A DNA stretch of 64,000 nt from an uncultured bacterium. GTDB taxonomy: Bacteria; Patescibacteriota; Saccharimonadia; UBA4664; SCTI01. The notes beneath the pieces are model-generated. The model did no database searches, was not told the origin of the DNA, and saw only the letters and a program-made list of their open reading frames with translations. Of this stretch, positions 39,316 to 51,179 are shown one piece after another. Each line of letters opens with the position of its first letter. The first letter of the stretch is position 1. The position numbers and the translations under genes are program-made. The stretch covers positions 231,943 through 295,942 of the forward strand of contig CAVRJJ010000005.1 of NCBI GenBank assembly GCA_963721685.1. The letters are read 5' to 3'.

Positions 39316-41263
39316 TGGGTAAAATTATCGGAATTGATTTAGGAACGACCAACTCGGCTATGGCCGTAATGGAAGGCGGCCAGCCAACTATTATAGCCAA
39401 TGCCGAAGGCGGCCGCACCACGCCGTCAATCGTGGCCATTAACAAACAAGGCGAGCGACTCGTCGGCCAGGCCGCAAAGCGCCAATCGGTGATTAACGGT
39501 GAAAACACCATTTTTGAAGTCAAGCGTTTAATTGGCCGCAAGTTCAAGGATAACGAGGTCCAAAAAGACGTAGGCTTGATGCCGTATAAAATTGTCGACG
39601 CCGACGGTTCAGTGAAGGTAAAGATGGGCGACAAGGACTATAGCCCGGAGGAGGTGTCAGCCATGATCCTTTCCAAGCTGAAGGCCGACGCCGAAGCCTT
39701 TATTGGCAGTCCGGTCACCGAAGCGGTTATTACGGTTCCCGCCTACTTTAGCGACGCCCAACGCCAGGCCACCAAAGACGCCGGAAAGATTGCCGGTCTT
39801 GAGGTTAAGCGAATTATTAATGAGCCAACCGCCGCCGCTTTGGCATACGGCTTAGATAAGAAAAAAGAAGAAAAGATTGTCGTCTACGACCTGGGAGGCG
39901 GTACCTTCGACGTATCTGTGCTTGAGCTTGGCGACGGTGTCTTCGAAGTCAAAAGCACCAACGGTGATACCCACTTGGGCGGCGCCGATTTTGATAACAC
40001 TATCATGAGCTTTTTGATTGATGAGTTTAAAGCCGATCAAGGCATTGACTTAAAAGACGACAAAGCCGCCGTCCAACGGCTGAAGGAAGCCGCCGAAAAA
40101 GCTAAGATTGAGCTCTCCAGCGCCCAAGACACGGAAATTAACCTGCCCTTCATTACCGCCGACGCGACTGGACCAAAGCACTTTACCTACCACCTTACCC
40201 GCTCCAAGCTGCAGCAGCTTGTCCAGGGTTTGATAGATAAGACGGCCGGCCCGTGTGAAGCCGCCCTGAAAGACGCCGGTTTGAAGGCGAGCGACATCAA
40301 CGAAGTAATTCTGGTTGGCGGCATGACCCGTATGCCAGCTGTTGCCGAAAAGGTCCAAGCCATCTTTGGCAAAGAGCCGCTCAAAGGCGTGAACCCGGAT
40401 GAGGTTGTGGCCGTTGGCGCGGCCGTCCAAGGCGGGGTGCTGGCCGGCGACGTGAAAGACGTCCTGCTCTTGATGTGACTCCCCTCTCACTGGGACTGGA
40501 AACCATGGGCGGCGTTATGACCAAGCTGATTGAGCGCAACACCACGGTGCCAACCAGCAAAAGCCAGGTGTTTTCCACGGCGGCCGATAACCAAAACCAG
40601 GTAGAGATTAACGTGCTTCAGGGCGAACGTGAGTTCGCGGTTGATAATAAAAGCCTGGGCCGGTTCATTCTGGATGGTATTCCCCCAGCTCCCCGCGGCG
40701 TCCCCCAAGTAGAGGTAACCTTCAACATTGATGCCAACGGTATTGTAAATGTTAAAGCCGTAGACAAGGGTACCAATAAGGAACAACACATCACCATTAC
40801 CGGCAGCGGCAACATGAGCGACGAAGACATTAAAAAAGCCCAGGCTGAAGCCGAAGCTCATGCCGAAGAAGATAAAAAGCGTAAAGCCGTGGTAGAAGCC
40901 CGCAACAATTTGGATAACACCATCTATACCGCCGAAAAGACCATGAAAGACGCTGGTGATAAGGCCAAAGAAGAAGACAAGACCGCTTTGCAGGCGGCCA
41001 TTGATGAGGCCAAAAAGCTGGGCGAAACCGATGACCCGGCAGTGCTGGAAAAAGCCACCCAGGAGCTTAGCGATAAGATGCAGGTAGTGGGCGCGGCTAT
41101 GTACGCCGCGGCCGCTGAAGCCGCCGGCGACACCACCGGTAGTGCCGAAGCCTCGGCCTCCGCTACCGCTAGTGCCGAAACCACCGTTGAAGAGCCGGTT
41201 GAAGGCGAGGTGGTTGACGAAAAGACCGAAGAGAAAAAAGACAAGAAACCTGACGAAAAATAA
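39315..41263 (+). CDS. dnaK: Chaperone DnaK, split by a 1-bp frameshift near 40469
   Basis: [24 protein letters not shown]; one missing base in the LLLDVTPL linker. Confidence 0.95.
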
Positions 41264-41288
41264 TAAGAACAGGGTACAATAAGTGCCA

Positions 41289-42402
41289 GTGGCAAAACGT
41301 GATTACTATGATGTATTAGGTGTAAGCAAGTCGGCCACGGCCGATGAGATTAAGCGCGCCTACCGCAAGCTGGCCATGCAGCACCATCCTGACAAGCATG
41401 GTGGTGACGATGGCCCCTTTAAAGAGCTTGGTGAAGCCTACGAAGTCCTGAAAGACCCTAAAAAAAAGGCGATTTACGACCAGTACGGGCACGCCGCCAA
41501 CGCCCAAAACCCCGGCAGCCAAGGTGGTAATCCCTTTGGCGGGGGCTTTAACGCCGAAGGCTTCGACTTCTCCCAATTTCAAGGAGCTGGAGGGGGATTT
41601 GGCGATATCTTTGATATGTTTTTCCAAGGCCAAGGCGGGGGAAGGCGGCGCCAAGCCGCCCGTGGTGCCGATATGGAAACCGTGGTTACTTTGGATTTTA
41701 AAGAAGCCATCTTTGGAGCCAGCCGCAAGCTTCAAATAACCACTGATGAGCGCTGTGACCATTGTTCGGGTAATGGTGCCGAACCCGGCACCAAAGTGAA
41801 AACTTGTGAAACCTGCAAGGGTCAAGGTCAAGTTACGCGAGTGCAACAGACCATCCTTGGCGCAATCCAACAGGCGACGGTATGCCCGACCTGCCGCGGT
41901 GAAGGCGAAGTTCCCGAACAAAAGTGCAATAAATGCCGGGGCTCGGGGACGATCAAGAAAACCAAAGAGCTGGAGGTAAAGATTCCCGCTGGCATTGATA
42001 ACGGCCAAACCATCCGTTTGGATGGCAAAGGCGCGGCCCATAAAAAAGCGCCCAACGGTGACTTATACATTCACGTACAAGTCCGGCCGGATGCGTAAGT
42101 TGCAGCGTCATGGCCAGGATATTAGTTCAACTATTAAGCTTGATATGGTAGGAGCGGCGCTGGGAAGCGAAGTGCCGGTCCACACGGTTGATGGCAATGT
42201 AAAACTGAAAGTTCCGGCCGGAACCCAAAGCGGCAAAACCTTCCGTTTAAGCGAGCGCGGTGTCCCGGGTATGGGTGGCCGCAAGCGCGGTGACCACTTG
42301 GTGACCGTAACGGTGGAAACCCCCAGCAAGCTTTCATCCAAGCAAAAAGAACTGTTAGAGCAATTCGCGAGCGAGGGCGGCAAAAAGCGCAAGTTCTGGT
42401 AG
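41289..42402 (+). CDS. dnaJ: Chaperone DnaJ, split by a frameshift near 42093
   Basis: HPD, four CxxCxGxG repeats; C-terminal domain continues in ORF 41995..42402. Confidence 0.93.
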
Positions 42403-44170
42403 TTAATGCTGAGCTAGAAATACCTTAAATAGTCCGTCTTTTCCGGATAGCTCATCGTAGGTACCTTCTTGTATAACCCGGCCATTATCAAATACCAAAA
42501 TGCGGTCGGAGTTGCGCAGGGTACTCAGGCGGTGGGCGACGGTAATAATAGTTTTATCTTTAAATATATCTTCCAGGACTTTTTGAATGGCGGCTTCATT
42601 ACGGTTATCAAGGGCGCTGGTAGCTTCATCAAAAATCAAGATGTCTGGCGCCTGCAGAATAATGCGGGCAATTGCCAGGCGCTGTTTCTGCCCACCGCTT
42701 AGGTTGCCCCCTTGCTCGTGAACCTTGCCGTTTAGTCCGCCTAGCGAGCCTTCAATCTCCTCCCAAATATGGGCTTTTTCGCATGCTGCTTGGATCTCGG
42801 TAACGGTGTGATGCTTGTGCCCCGCTCCATAAGTAATATTTTCTTTAATGGTACCGCTAAATAAGTACGTTTTTTGGGGGATGTAGGCTATGGTTTGGGC
42901 TAGCGCTTGGCGGTTCAACGCGAGCAGGTCTTTGTCCAGGATATCAATCGAACCCTGGTAATTATGATTAAGCCGCAACAGCAACTTAATCAACGTGCTT
43001 TTTCCGCAGCCGGAAGCGCCGGCAATCCCAACCTTTTCGCCCACCGCAATATCCAGGTTTATTTGGTCTAATATTAAGCGCTCAGGACGTGAAGGGTAGT
43101 GGTACGAAAGGTTGGATATTTTGATAGCAACGTTGGTAGATCTGGACGTTTGCGGACTCTCGGCAGCGGCGTAGGCGGGGTCAATAGGCTGGCGTTGCAG
43201 AGCGTGTAAATCTTCAACCCGGATCGAGCTTTCATGAGCCTCGTCTAAGATACGATGAATTTGGCGAAGCGGGGCGGTAATACTTAAGAATAGGATTGAG
43301 TACACCAATATATCACCCTTGGTAATTACTCCTTGGCTGGCAAGGTAGATGGAAAGACAAATCACGAGCACGTAGAAAAATCCTTCATTAAGGTATTTGG
43401 CAGCGTCATAGAGCGCCATCTGAAAATGGTGCTTAATCTCACGCTTGCGCAAAGCTTCAGCGGAAGCTTCAATCCGGTCCAGTTCCACACCGGTGGTATC
43501 AAGGCTGCGGACGGTTTCAATCCCGCCTAACACCTCAACCACGGCCGCGTCGGTGGTTTCCTTGCCGCGTAGCAAGGCGATGCGGATACCCTTCTGGCTA
43601 GCGATTTGCTTAACAATAATATAAAGACCGGCGGGAATAACCAGCAGCATAACGGTAGCGATGAGCGGCTTATGCAGTAACGCGATACCAAGAGCGGCGA
43701 GCGCGCTAAAGGCGGCGGGCAGAAAATCGAGAAAGCTCAGCTTAATCAGGCGGATCAAGCCCCTCGATAGAACGAAAAATCCGTCCATGCAAGGCGCCTA
43801 CCCGAAAACCTTCCAGCTGATGAGTGTCGGTATGCAAGATGCGCCCAATAGTAGCGACGGTTTGCTTCTTTTCGGTTTGGGTCGCGATATTTTCCACCTG
43901 GTATTTGCGCAACACGGTTAATGCCTCACGAATGATAATAATGCCGACTATCAGCAGGATAAAACCGAATACTGAACTAAATTGGATTACATTATTAGCG
44001 GTTAATTGATCAACCAGCCGCCCCAAGATCACGGCTGGTAAGTTGGTGAGGATACCGGTAATGAGCATTACTACTCGATACCGCGGCCAAGACACGTTTT
44101 TCGGACCCGTCAATCAAGCGAAAAGGTTTTGGCTGAGTCCGGCGCGGATTTCTTTAAATTCGGTGTTCAT
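42403..44170 (-). CDS. ABC exporter (TMD+NBD), 5' part broken by frameshifts
   Basis: GASGCGKS, LSGGQKQR, DEATSALD; TM part spread over ORFs 43742..44113 and 42403..43788; probable ATG at 44170. Confidence 0.8.
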
Positions 44171-44210
44171 GATTGCTCTTCTGCTAAGTATATAGCTAAA
44201 TTAATTATGT

Positions 44211-45050
44211 CTAAAAGAAGTAAAGCAGGCCGATGCTTAGCGCGATTAGCACGCTGCCGATTAGTTTTTGCTTGAGGCGTTGCCGTTCATTTAAGAATAT
44301 GTAGCCGCCAATCAAGCTGAATACCATAGCACTTTGTTGTACCGGTGTGACCTTTGAGGCTTCGCCAGTAGCTAAAGCCGCGAAGAAGACCAACTCAAAA
44401 ACTGCAAAAATAGCACCGGCAACTAAGAGTTTTGTTGGCTTGGTCGGTAGTAATCGTTTGGGAATATCATTGCGTATAGCTAGTGTCAGAAACGCTAAAA
44501 CACTGCACCCGATAAAGCCAAACGACGCCAAAAAGGCAATCGAGACGTCATCCGCTAAAAGCTTAGTTAGAAGGAAAGCAAACCCAATGAACGCGGCGCT
44601 TTGAATCGCGTAGATAACATCTTTTGTAGGCTTAATGCCGGTTTTCCCAAGCGCCGCGATTGCCACTCCCACCACCAGCAACACGATGGCAATGACTTTA
44701 CTGCTAGTAACGCGCTCGCTAAAGAGAAAATAAGCGCCTGCCAATACAACGATATGGCGCAGCTGGGCAATAATCTGGAAAACTGACGCTTCAACCGTCC
44801 GGAGCGACAGAAAAGTAAAAAGGTCGACCAGGAAATAGGTGAATGTTGAGAGCAGCAGTAGGCTCCAGTTTTCAAGGTTTGACGGTGGGTTGAAGTAATA
44901 CAGTGCAACGGGTAACAAAAGAATTCCAGCAATGCCATTATGGACTGCCATGAAGGCTACGGGATTTCCACCGCGCGTAAGAGTTGAACGTATGAGGAGG
45001 CGGTTTATCGCAAATAAAAGGCCGGCCAGAAGTGCAAGAGTGAACCACAT
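44211..45050 (-). CDS. EamA/DMT-family transporter
   Basis: About ten TM segments in two repeats (EASV..FSER, EASKV..LNER). Confidence 0.85.
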   Translation of the reverse strand: MWFTLALLAGLLFAINRLLIRSTLTRGGNPVAFMAVHNGIAGILLLPVALYYFNPPSNLENWSLLLLSTFTYFLVDLFTFLSLRTVEASVFQIIAQLRHIVVLAGAYFLFSERVTSSKVIAIVLLVVGVAIAALGKTGIKPTKDVIYAIQSAAFIGFAFLLTKLLADDVSIAFLASFGFIGCSVLAFLTLAIRNDIPKRLLPTKPTKLLVAGAIFAVFELVFFAALATGEASKVTPVQQSAMVFSLIGGYIFLNERQRLKQKLIGSVLIALSIGLLYFF

Positions 45051-45108
45051 GATAGTTAAGATCCTACCTAATATGTAGCCAAAAGCGAAATGGTTGTACA
45101 ATGTAGTT

Positions 45109-45645
45109 ATGGTTATATCGGCCATTTTACCAACACAAGCAGCTCTACCGGGAATTTCCGGGTTAAGCCTTGATGCCCTTATTATCGTAACAACCTTATT
45201 ACTGCTGGTTTATAGCGTGGTGCGGGGCCATATGGCGCTGATCCGTGAAGCTATTAGTATCTATGTTGGGTTGGTGCTGGCCTCAAGTTTGGGTACTCCG
45301 GTATATGATTATCTTTCAAGCGGGTCACTGGAAAGTCTTCCTATTAGCGAAACCTTGGTTAAGCTGTTCTTGCTGCTGGCTCCGGTGGTCATTTTGCAGT
45401 TTGGGCGTCATCACGCCAAGGGCGGGCATAAGCACAATATCATTATCACCTTTGTACTGGCGGCGCTTACCGCCTTTCTGTTGATTTCCAGTGTGCTCAA
45501 CCAGCTGGACCCGCTAACGCTAAACAACGCGATTGAAGATTCCAACTTAGCGGCGTGGATATATGAGTTTAAGCTGGGATGGCTGGGCGCGGTGCCGCTG
45601 GCCATCGCGGCGAGCTCGTTTTTCAAGCGCCGGGGCCACCACTAA
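45109..45645 (+). CDS. Membrane protein (CvpA-like)
   Basis: Multi-TM; LDALII..RG..SIYVG; ATG 6 nt after TACAAT. Confidence 0.6.
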   Translation: MVISAILPTQAALPGISGLSLDALIIVTTLLLLVYSVVRGHMALIREAISIYVGLVLASSLGTPVYDYLSSGSLESLPISETLVKLFLLLAPVVILQFGRHHAKGGHKHNIIITFVLAALTAFLLISSVLNQLDPLTLNNAIEDSNLAAWIYEFKLGWLGAVPLAIAASSFFKRRGHH

Positions 45646-45688
45646 ACTTGGCAAGTGCCAGGAGTTAAAGGTATACTAAACCAGTTCC

Positions 45689-45765
45689 GGGCCCATAGCT
45701 CAGTTGGTTAGAGCGAGAGCCTTTTAAGCTCTGCGTCCTGGGTTCGAATCCCAGTGGGCCCTCCA
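45689..45765 (+). tRNA. tRNA-Lys (TTT)
   Basis: GGGCCCATAGCTCAGTTGG...AGAGC-CTTTTAA-GCTCT...GGTTCGAATCC...TGGGCCCTCCA. Confidence 0.92.
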
Positions 45766-45854
45766 TTAAGAATAAAATCAGCAAAAGTCGTCTCATTTTG
45801 GGACGATTTTTTAAAATGACCTAGTATACTACCATAAGAGATTAACTTTAAATT

Positions 45855-46445
45855 ATGACGAAAATACCAGTATCTATCAGTCAGCTTGCAAAATATGGAC
45901 TCGACTACGTCAGTCTGATTTCTAGTAGTGGCTCAAGAAGTAGGCCAGTAAAGACTGACAAGATGGATGCTGAGTTATTGTCAGTGCCTGACTTAGTTTT
46001 CAAAAATGAAGTTGAAGCCATCACGATCGAACTAATTACGTCCCTAGACAGTGAATATGATCCGGATACTCCCGATGAGGATAAAAGCGACGAGCAGCGA
46101 CGAGCAGAAGAACGTGTCACGCGTGACCGCGAAATCTTAAATAAAATTCAAGAAATTGATACCAAAATAAAAACTGATGAGTACACAAAAAGAGTTGTAT
46201 TACAGAGTGGATTTGTATCTTTCGAAGCCAAGCGTTTCCTTGAAGCTGAATACAACGAAGAATATGAAAAATATGAAGGTCCATTATTACAAGTTCCCGT
46301 GGCGGCCATTAACTTCAAGTACAGCGCCGTCGGAGTCAGCGTAGTTATTGACCTGCCTGACAGCTACGTTGAGATATTGAGTGGCCCGTTTAAAAATTAC
46401 TTGCCACAGCAATACTATGACGAGATATTTACTTCCACCCTCTAA
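45855..46445 (+). pseudogene. Probable N-terminal fragment of the adjacent helicase-nuclease
   Basis: Same composition and strand; GPLLQVPV resembles N-terminal regions of large SF1 helicases; ends abruptly. Confidence 0.45.
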
Positions 46446-46593
46446 CGCAGAATCTGACCCTTCGTACGATGGCGTAATAGCAGCTACTCGATTCACAGGT
46501 AGTGGTGTTTGAGGATGAGGAAAAGCGTGAATAAGCGGTAATTCTGAGGCCAGGGGTTCGCGAACCGTTTCAGAAAAACTAAAGGAACTCGAC

Positions 46594-49359
46594 GTGCCTT
46601 TCTTGTATGGCTACATACCAGACAAAACCTCGAAACTCTACACTGAAGCCGATGAGAAAGACAGTGCCGCGAATACTCTACTTGCATTGAACCGAGAATT
46701 TCAAAAAGGCAAAGTCGGCGACCTAAAAGAGCCTCTCGAATTGCTAACAGACCGTTTCAATATCTTCACCGATAATCTAGATAATGAGCGCTCAATATAT
46801 TCCCTTTATGAGGAGCGTAGGAGTATAGGCTACATTGAGCTTTTTTATGCGTATGGGGTGGATATCGCATGGTATGACCAGCTAGTGAACCTAGAGCAAT
46901 CAATTAGTGAAGCAGAATCTAAGGTTAATGAATTCGAAAAGAGTCGCGGTAAATTTATTAAAGCCGCTGATTCTAAGTTTAAAGATCTAGAGATAGATTA
47001 TCAGGCCACCATAGATGCTATTGAAGAAATCAACACCTATTTCAAGGCAAACATGCCCGAAAGGTCTGGCTGGATAGGCAGTAAATTAAATGACACTAAG
47101 CTGCGCAATGCGCTAAAGAAATCCTGCCGCAACATACTTCAAGAGATCTACGTAGAAATTGAGAAAATTCTTTTCTCGGATAACACTAAGTCTGCCCGCT
47201 TACAGCTACTTGATAGGGTTGAAGAATACTTTAGCTATTCTAGTGAACTGGAAATGCTGGCACAAAGCCGCTCGGCGCTACAAGAGCTTCTAGGGAGTAA
47301 GGGAATGCCGTCGACGACTTATGTAAATCTGAAAAAAGTCATCGATGAGCATGGCAAAGACAAAGTATTTAAAGATTTAACTAAATACGATGAAATATCC
47401 GATCAGATAAACGAGGTGGCATTATACTCAGCAAATGAGCTGAACCGTGAGATAAAAGATATTCGGAAGTTCTACAGAACTAATACTACAAATTATGTGC
47501 GAAATCGCATCCTAACAAGAATAGGCGAAATAAATAACAGCAAAGACATAAAAGCCACATTAGCTCAGGTTGCCAGAAGCCTCACCAAGAGTAAGAAAGC
47601 AAATAAGACATTTGATAGGCTAAAACATAACGAAGACAACTTTAGCGCAATGTCCAAGGTACTCCCTATTTGGATGATGAGCCTAGATGATGTTAGTCGT
47701 ATTGTGCCGCTACAAATGAACGCATTTGATTATGTAATTATCGATGAGGCGTCACAGTGTAACTTTGCATACGCTTTCCCTGCTATGTTCCGAGCCGAAC
47801 ATACTATTTTCTTCGGCGACACTTTGCAGATGCGGGATGACAACATTATGTTTAAGTCAAATGACCAGCTAAGTGCTATAGCCAAGAAACACAAAATACC
47901 TGATGTGTACCAAATCAAAGCCGAGGAAGATACTGTTAAGTCGGTAATGGATATCGCGCACTTAAATGGCTTCAAAACTACTACTCTCAAATACCATTAC
48001 CGTTCGCCTAAAGAACTTATTGGCTTTTCTAACGAGTCATTCTACGAGCCCATCGGACGTAAGCTGGAAGCCGTCAACGATAATATAGTGCCATTCAAAA
48101 ATACTGGACGCGTCATGATGAATCACTTAGTTAAGCCGAATGACTCAGAAGAAACATCGGATAAAACTAACTTAGCCGAGGTGCAGAAAATTCAGCAGCT
48201 AGTTGATGAGATTAGAGAAGACCCTATATTGAAGGACAAGTCGATTGCTATTCTGACGTTCTTTAATGAACAGGCCGAGCTAATACGAAATACGATTACG
48301 GATGAAGATATCAAGGTAGCAATCATCGACGGCATTCAAGGCGACGAGAAAGACATTGTTATTTATTCCTTTGTGATCAAAGACCCTAGCGATAAGAGGC
48401 GTTACATAAACCGAACTGGCGAAGGCGGTGAAATCAATAAAGACATTGCAGCGGGTCGAGTGAACGTAGCGTTTAGTCGTGCAAAGCTACAAGTTCATTG
48501 TGTAACGTCAATATCGCCAGAACTATGGCCTACGGGCATCTGGATTAAGAAGTATCTGGAATATGTCGAGAAGTATGGAGTTGTATCGCGTCGGCACATT
48601 AAATCTGAGCAACAATTTGATTCTGAATTCGAAAACCACGTTTATACTTACCTTGCCAAGAAGTTAGATGCAAATGATTATACGATTGAAACACAAACTG
48701 AATCACTAGGCTTTAAGATTGACATGACAGTACATCACAGTGGGAGAAAACTCGCCATCGAATGTGATGGTCCGACTCACTTTGAGGGTGGGGACGGTCA
48801 AGTATACGTTCAAAGCGACTGGGAGCGTCAGGGCGCATTAGAGGTTGCTGGTTGGAATTTCTATCGTATTTCGTATTTCGACTGGGTTAACGATCGGTCA
48901 GGAGAAGAAAAAGCTCTGACCGACTTTATAGCGGAATACTTTGACAATGACCACAAGATTGGCAAGACTAATGTTGTTAGAGTGCTAGAGAAAGAAACTG
49001 TAGCTCCTGTAGATGCTCCAGCAGAAATGTACGTCACCGATTTCTCCGATGAGCAGGTAGACAACATAAATGCCGTGCAAGGAACCTCTAAGCCAAAAGT
49101 CGATAAGCCTAAGACCCCAGCTAATAAAGGATTTAGCGTTGGTTCGCGTGAAGTAAACCAAGACGCATTTGGCGAATACTTGCAAGGCCGCATCTCAAAA
49201 TCGATCAACATTCGATATCAATCTACTAGGGCTGGCAGTGCAAAGTTCTGGCGTACGTTATCTCTCGTTGAGTTTGATGGTACGTATTTTTCAGCGTTTG
49301 ACTCGTACGCGGGCATGAACAAGAAGTTTCGTCGAGACCGAGTTGTAGAATTTAAGTAA
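46594..49359 (+). CDS. UPF1-like SF1 helicase fragment + DUF559/Vsr-like nuclease + WYL-like domain
   Basis: FDYVIIDEASQ, FGDTLQM, LKYHYRS, IDGIQGDEKD, NVAFSRAK; FDSEFE..KID..IECDG..GWNFYRI; no Walker A visible. Confidence 0.8.
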   Translation: MPFLYGYIPDKTSKLYTEADEKDSAANTLLALNREFQKGKVGDLKEPLELLTDRFNIFTDNLDNERSIYSLYEERRSIGYIELFYAYGVDIAWYDQLVNLEQSISEAESKVNEFEKSRGKFIKAADSKFKDLEIDYQATIDAIEEINTYFKANMPERSGWIGSKLNDTKLRNALKKSCRNILQEIYVEIEKILFSDNTKSARLQLLDRVEEYFSYSSELEMLAQSRSALQELLGSKGMPSTTYVNLKKVIDEHGKDKVFKDLTKYDEISDQINEVALYSANELNREIKDIRKFYRTNTTNYVRNRILTRIGEINNSKDIKATLAQVARSLTKSKKANKTFDRLKHNEDNFSAMSKVLPIWMMSLDDVSRIVPLQMNAFDYVIIDEASQCNFAYAFPAMFRAEHTIFFGDTLQMRDDNIMFKSNDQLSAIAKKHKIPDVYQIKAEEDTVKSVMDIAHLNGFKTTTLKYHYRSPKELIGFSNESFYEPIGRKLEAVNDNIVPFKNTGRVMMNHLVKPNDSEETSDKTNLAEVQKIQQLVDEIREDPILKDKSIAILTFFNEQAELIRNTITDEDIKVAIIDGIQGDEKDIVIYSFVIKDPSDKRRYINRTGEGGEINKDIAAGRVNVAFSRAKLQVHCVTSISPELWPTGIWIKKYLEYVEKYGVVSRRHIKSEQQFDSEFENHVYTYLAKKLDANDYTIETQTESLGFKIDMTVHHSGRKLAIECDGPTHFEGGDGQVYVQSDWERQGALEVAGWNFYRISYFDWVNDRSGEEKALTDFIAEYFDNDHKIGKTNVVRVLEKETVAPVDAPAEMYVTDFSDEQVDNINAVQGTSKPKVDKPKTPANKGFSVGSREVNQDAFGEYLQGRISKSINIRYQSTRAGSAKFWRTLSLVEFDGTYFSAFDSYAGMNKKFRRDRVVEFK

Positions 49360-49360
49360 A

Positions 49361-50173
49361 TTGATGAAGGCGTTCGACAAACATAGTGACCCAAATCTGA
49401 TAAAACGAGCCTTGGATGCTGGACTATCCTCAACGCCCGGCCTCTCCATTCCCTGGGCATTATGCAAAGCTCTGTATGGTAATGCTTTAGAGTTACGGCA
49501 GCAAAGAGCGCTTGAGTGGGTTGAAATGATTCGCGACAACCCTGTTATTTTTCGCAAAGAATTATTAGAATCTTCAGATTTTCAGGACGGTTTTATAGTA
49601 GCGCTGGAAGAATACTTAAAACTTAGGACGATTTTAAAGCGTGGCTTGGCTCGCAAAATTTTTATTGGCTTTGCCCAAGTTGGAGACAAAGAACAATTTG
49701 AACTCGAACGTTACAATACAACGCTGAGCCAAATATCAGGCAATTCTTTGAAATTCTTAGCGTACATAAAAGAACTAGTCGAACCAAAACGACAAGAGCG
49801 CGTTGCCGAAACTATGGGTAACATCGATTTCAAGACGTCACCTATGCAATCAGACCAGGCCAAAAGCTACATCGAAAAACAAAACCCGCTCTCGTTCGCG
49901 TATAAGGATATTCATGTGGGTTCGGGGACGCAAATTATGCTTCCCAATAAGCCGAGTCCTAGATACCCAGGTATCACAAGCTCTATGGGCATAACCATTC
50001 AAGATAGCGATCGTACAACTCACGAAGAATGTCTTACTGAACTCGTAAGCCTCGGCTTACTCAGCCGTAGCCGATACACTACGCCTGTATCCGATAAGAA
50101 CCCAACAACTGTTTATCATGACATTTGGGACTACACGAACTATGGCAAAGGCTTTGTCGAGTTCATGAAATAA
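49361..50173 (+). CDS. Hypothetical protein, possibly Abi-alpha-like
   Basis: C-terminal LTELVSLGLL...TNYGKGFVEF winged-helix-like pattern; adjacent to the helicase. Confidence 0.55.
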   Translation: MMKAFDKHSDPNLIKRALDAGLSSTPGLSIPWALCKALYGNALELRQQRALEWVEMIRDNPVIFRKELLESSDFQDGFIVALEEYLKLRTILKRGLARKIFIGFAQVGDKEQFELERYNTTLSQISGNSLKFLAYIKELVEPKRQERVAETMGNIDFKTSPMQSDQAKSYIEKQNPLSFAYKDIHVGSGTQIMLPNKPSPRYPGITSSMGITIQDSDRTTHEECLTELVSLGLLSRSRYTTPVSDKNPTTVYHDIWDYTNYGKGFVEFMK

Positions 50174-50436
50174 ATAACAGGGCGTACTGTCTCAAAGGAC
50201 AGCGGTACATATTGTTGAATTTCTGCCATGCCTCTACTATATATACATACATTACAGGGAATTAACCGCATAACGCCCATCCCTTTTACTCACCTGATAC
50301 TGCCCAAACCTGTCATCCAGTAAGCCTTTCCAACGGATCGACTCATCAATTAGGGTTATAAACTTATCTGACGGGGGCCCTCCAAATTGATACCTACACA
50401 AGTACTTAGTCTAGTTGCCCATGTTATTATTTCTTC

Positions 50437-51177
50437 ATGGCTTATAAAAGCGGTAATCCCGCTCTCAATAAAGATACGTTCGCTGATTTGCAGCCCACTC
50501 TAAGCGGGGTGACGATGAGCCTTGACGGTGTGGCCGCCAAGTCATTACTGCTTTTTGTATTGTGCATGGGCAGCGGTTTGTTCGGCTGGAGGTTGGCCGC
50601 CGCGCAACATGAAATGCTGGGCATATTGGTAATAGGTGCCCTTATAGCGGCCTTTATTATCGCTATTATCACCATATTCAAGAAAACTTTCTCACCGGTA
50701 ACGGCGCCGCTTTACGTCATTTTAGAAGGGTTCGCGGTCGGGGCTATCTCCCAAATATATGAAGTAGAGTTTGCCGGCATTGTGCTGCAGGCGCTGTTGC
50801 TAACGGGCGGCATATTTGTAAGCATGCTGCTCTTATATTTATTTCGAATTATTAAACCAACTAAAAATTTTATGCTTGGAGTTACCGCGGCTACCGGCGG
50901 GATTGCGTTGTATTATGTCGCGAGTATCGTAATCGGTTTCTTTGGCAAAGAGTTACCGCTAATCCACAGCAACTCCCCGTGGGGGATTGGCTTTACAGTA
51001 TTTGTCATCATTATCGCGGCGTTAAACTTAGTAGTGGATTTTGATTTTATCGAGCAGGGTGTGCGGAAAAAAGCGCCGAAATACATGGAGTGGTATGCCA
51101 GCTTTGGCCTCTTTGTAACGCTGATTTGGCTTTACCTTGAGCTTTTACGATTGCTTGCAAAACTTAGGAGCCGGTAG
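50437..51177 (+). CDS. Bax inhibitor-1/YccA family membrane protein
   Basis: SGNPAL, APLY..LEG, LVVDFDFIE, TLIWLYLELLRLL. Confidence 0.9.
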   Translation: MAYKSGNPALNKDTFADLQPTLSGVTMSLDGVAAKSLLLFVLCMGSGLFGWRLAAAQHEMLGILVIGALIAAFIIAIITIFKKTFSPVTAPLYVILEGFAVGAISQIYEVEFAGIVLQALLLTGGIFVSMLLLYLFRIIKPTKNFMLGVTAATGGIALYYVASIVIGFFGKELPLIHSNSPWGIGFTVFVIIIAALNLVVDFDFIEQGVRKKAPKYMEWYASFGLFVTLIWLYLELLRLLAKLRSR

Positions 51178-51179
51178 CC

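Larger units (their letters stand above)
45756..50384. mobile_element. Low-GC island remnant integrated at the tRNA-Lys 3' end
   Basis: GGGCCCTCCA at 45756-45765 repeated at 50375-50384; AT-richer cargo between them; no integrase seen. Confidence 0.6.

Noticed and set aside
39315-42402. dnaK and dnaJ as pseudogenes or programmed frameshifts
   Set aside because: Both halves are fully conserved, there are no slippery heptamers, and similar 1-bp breaks recur across the window
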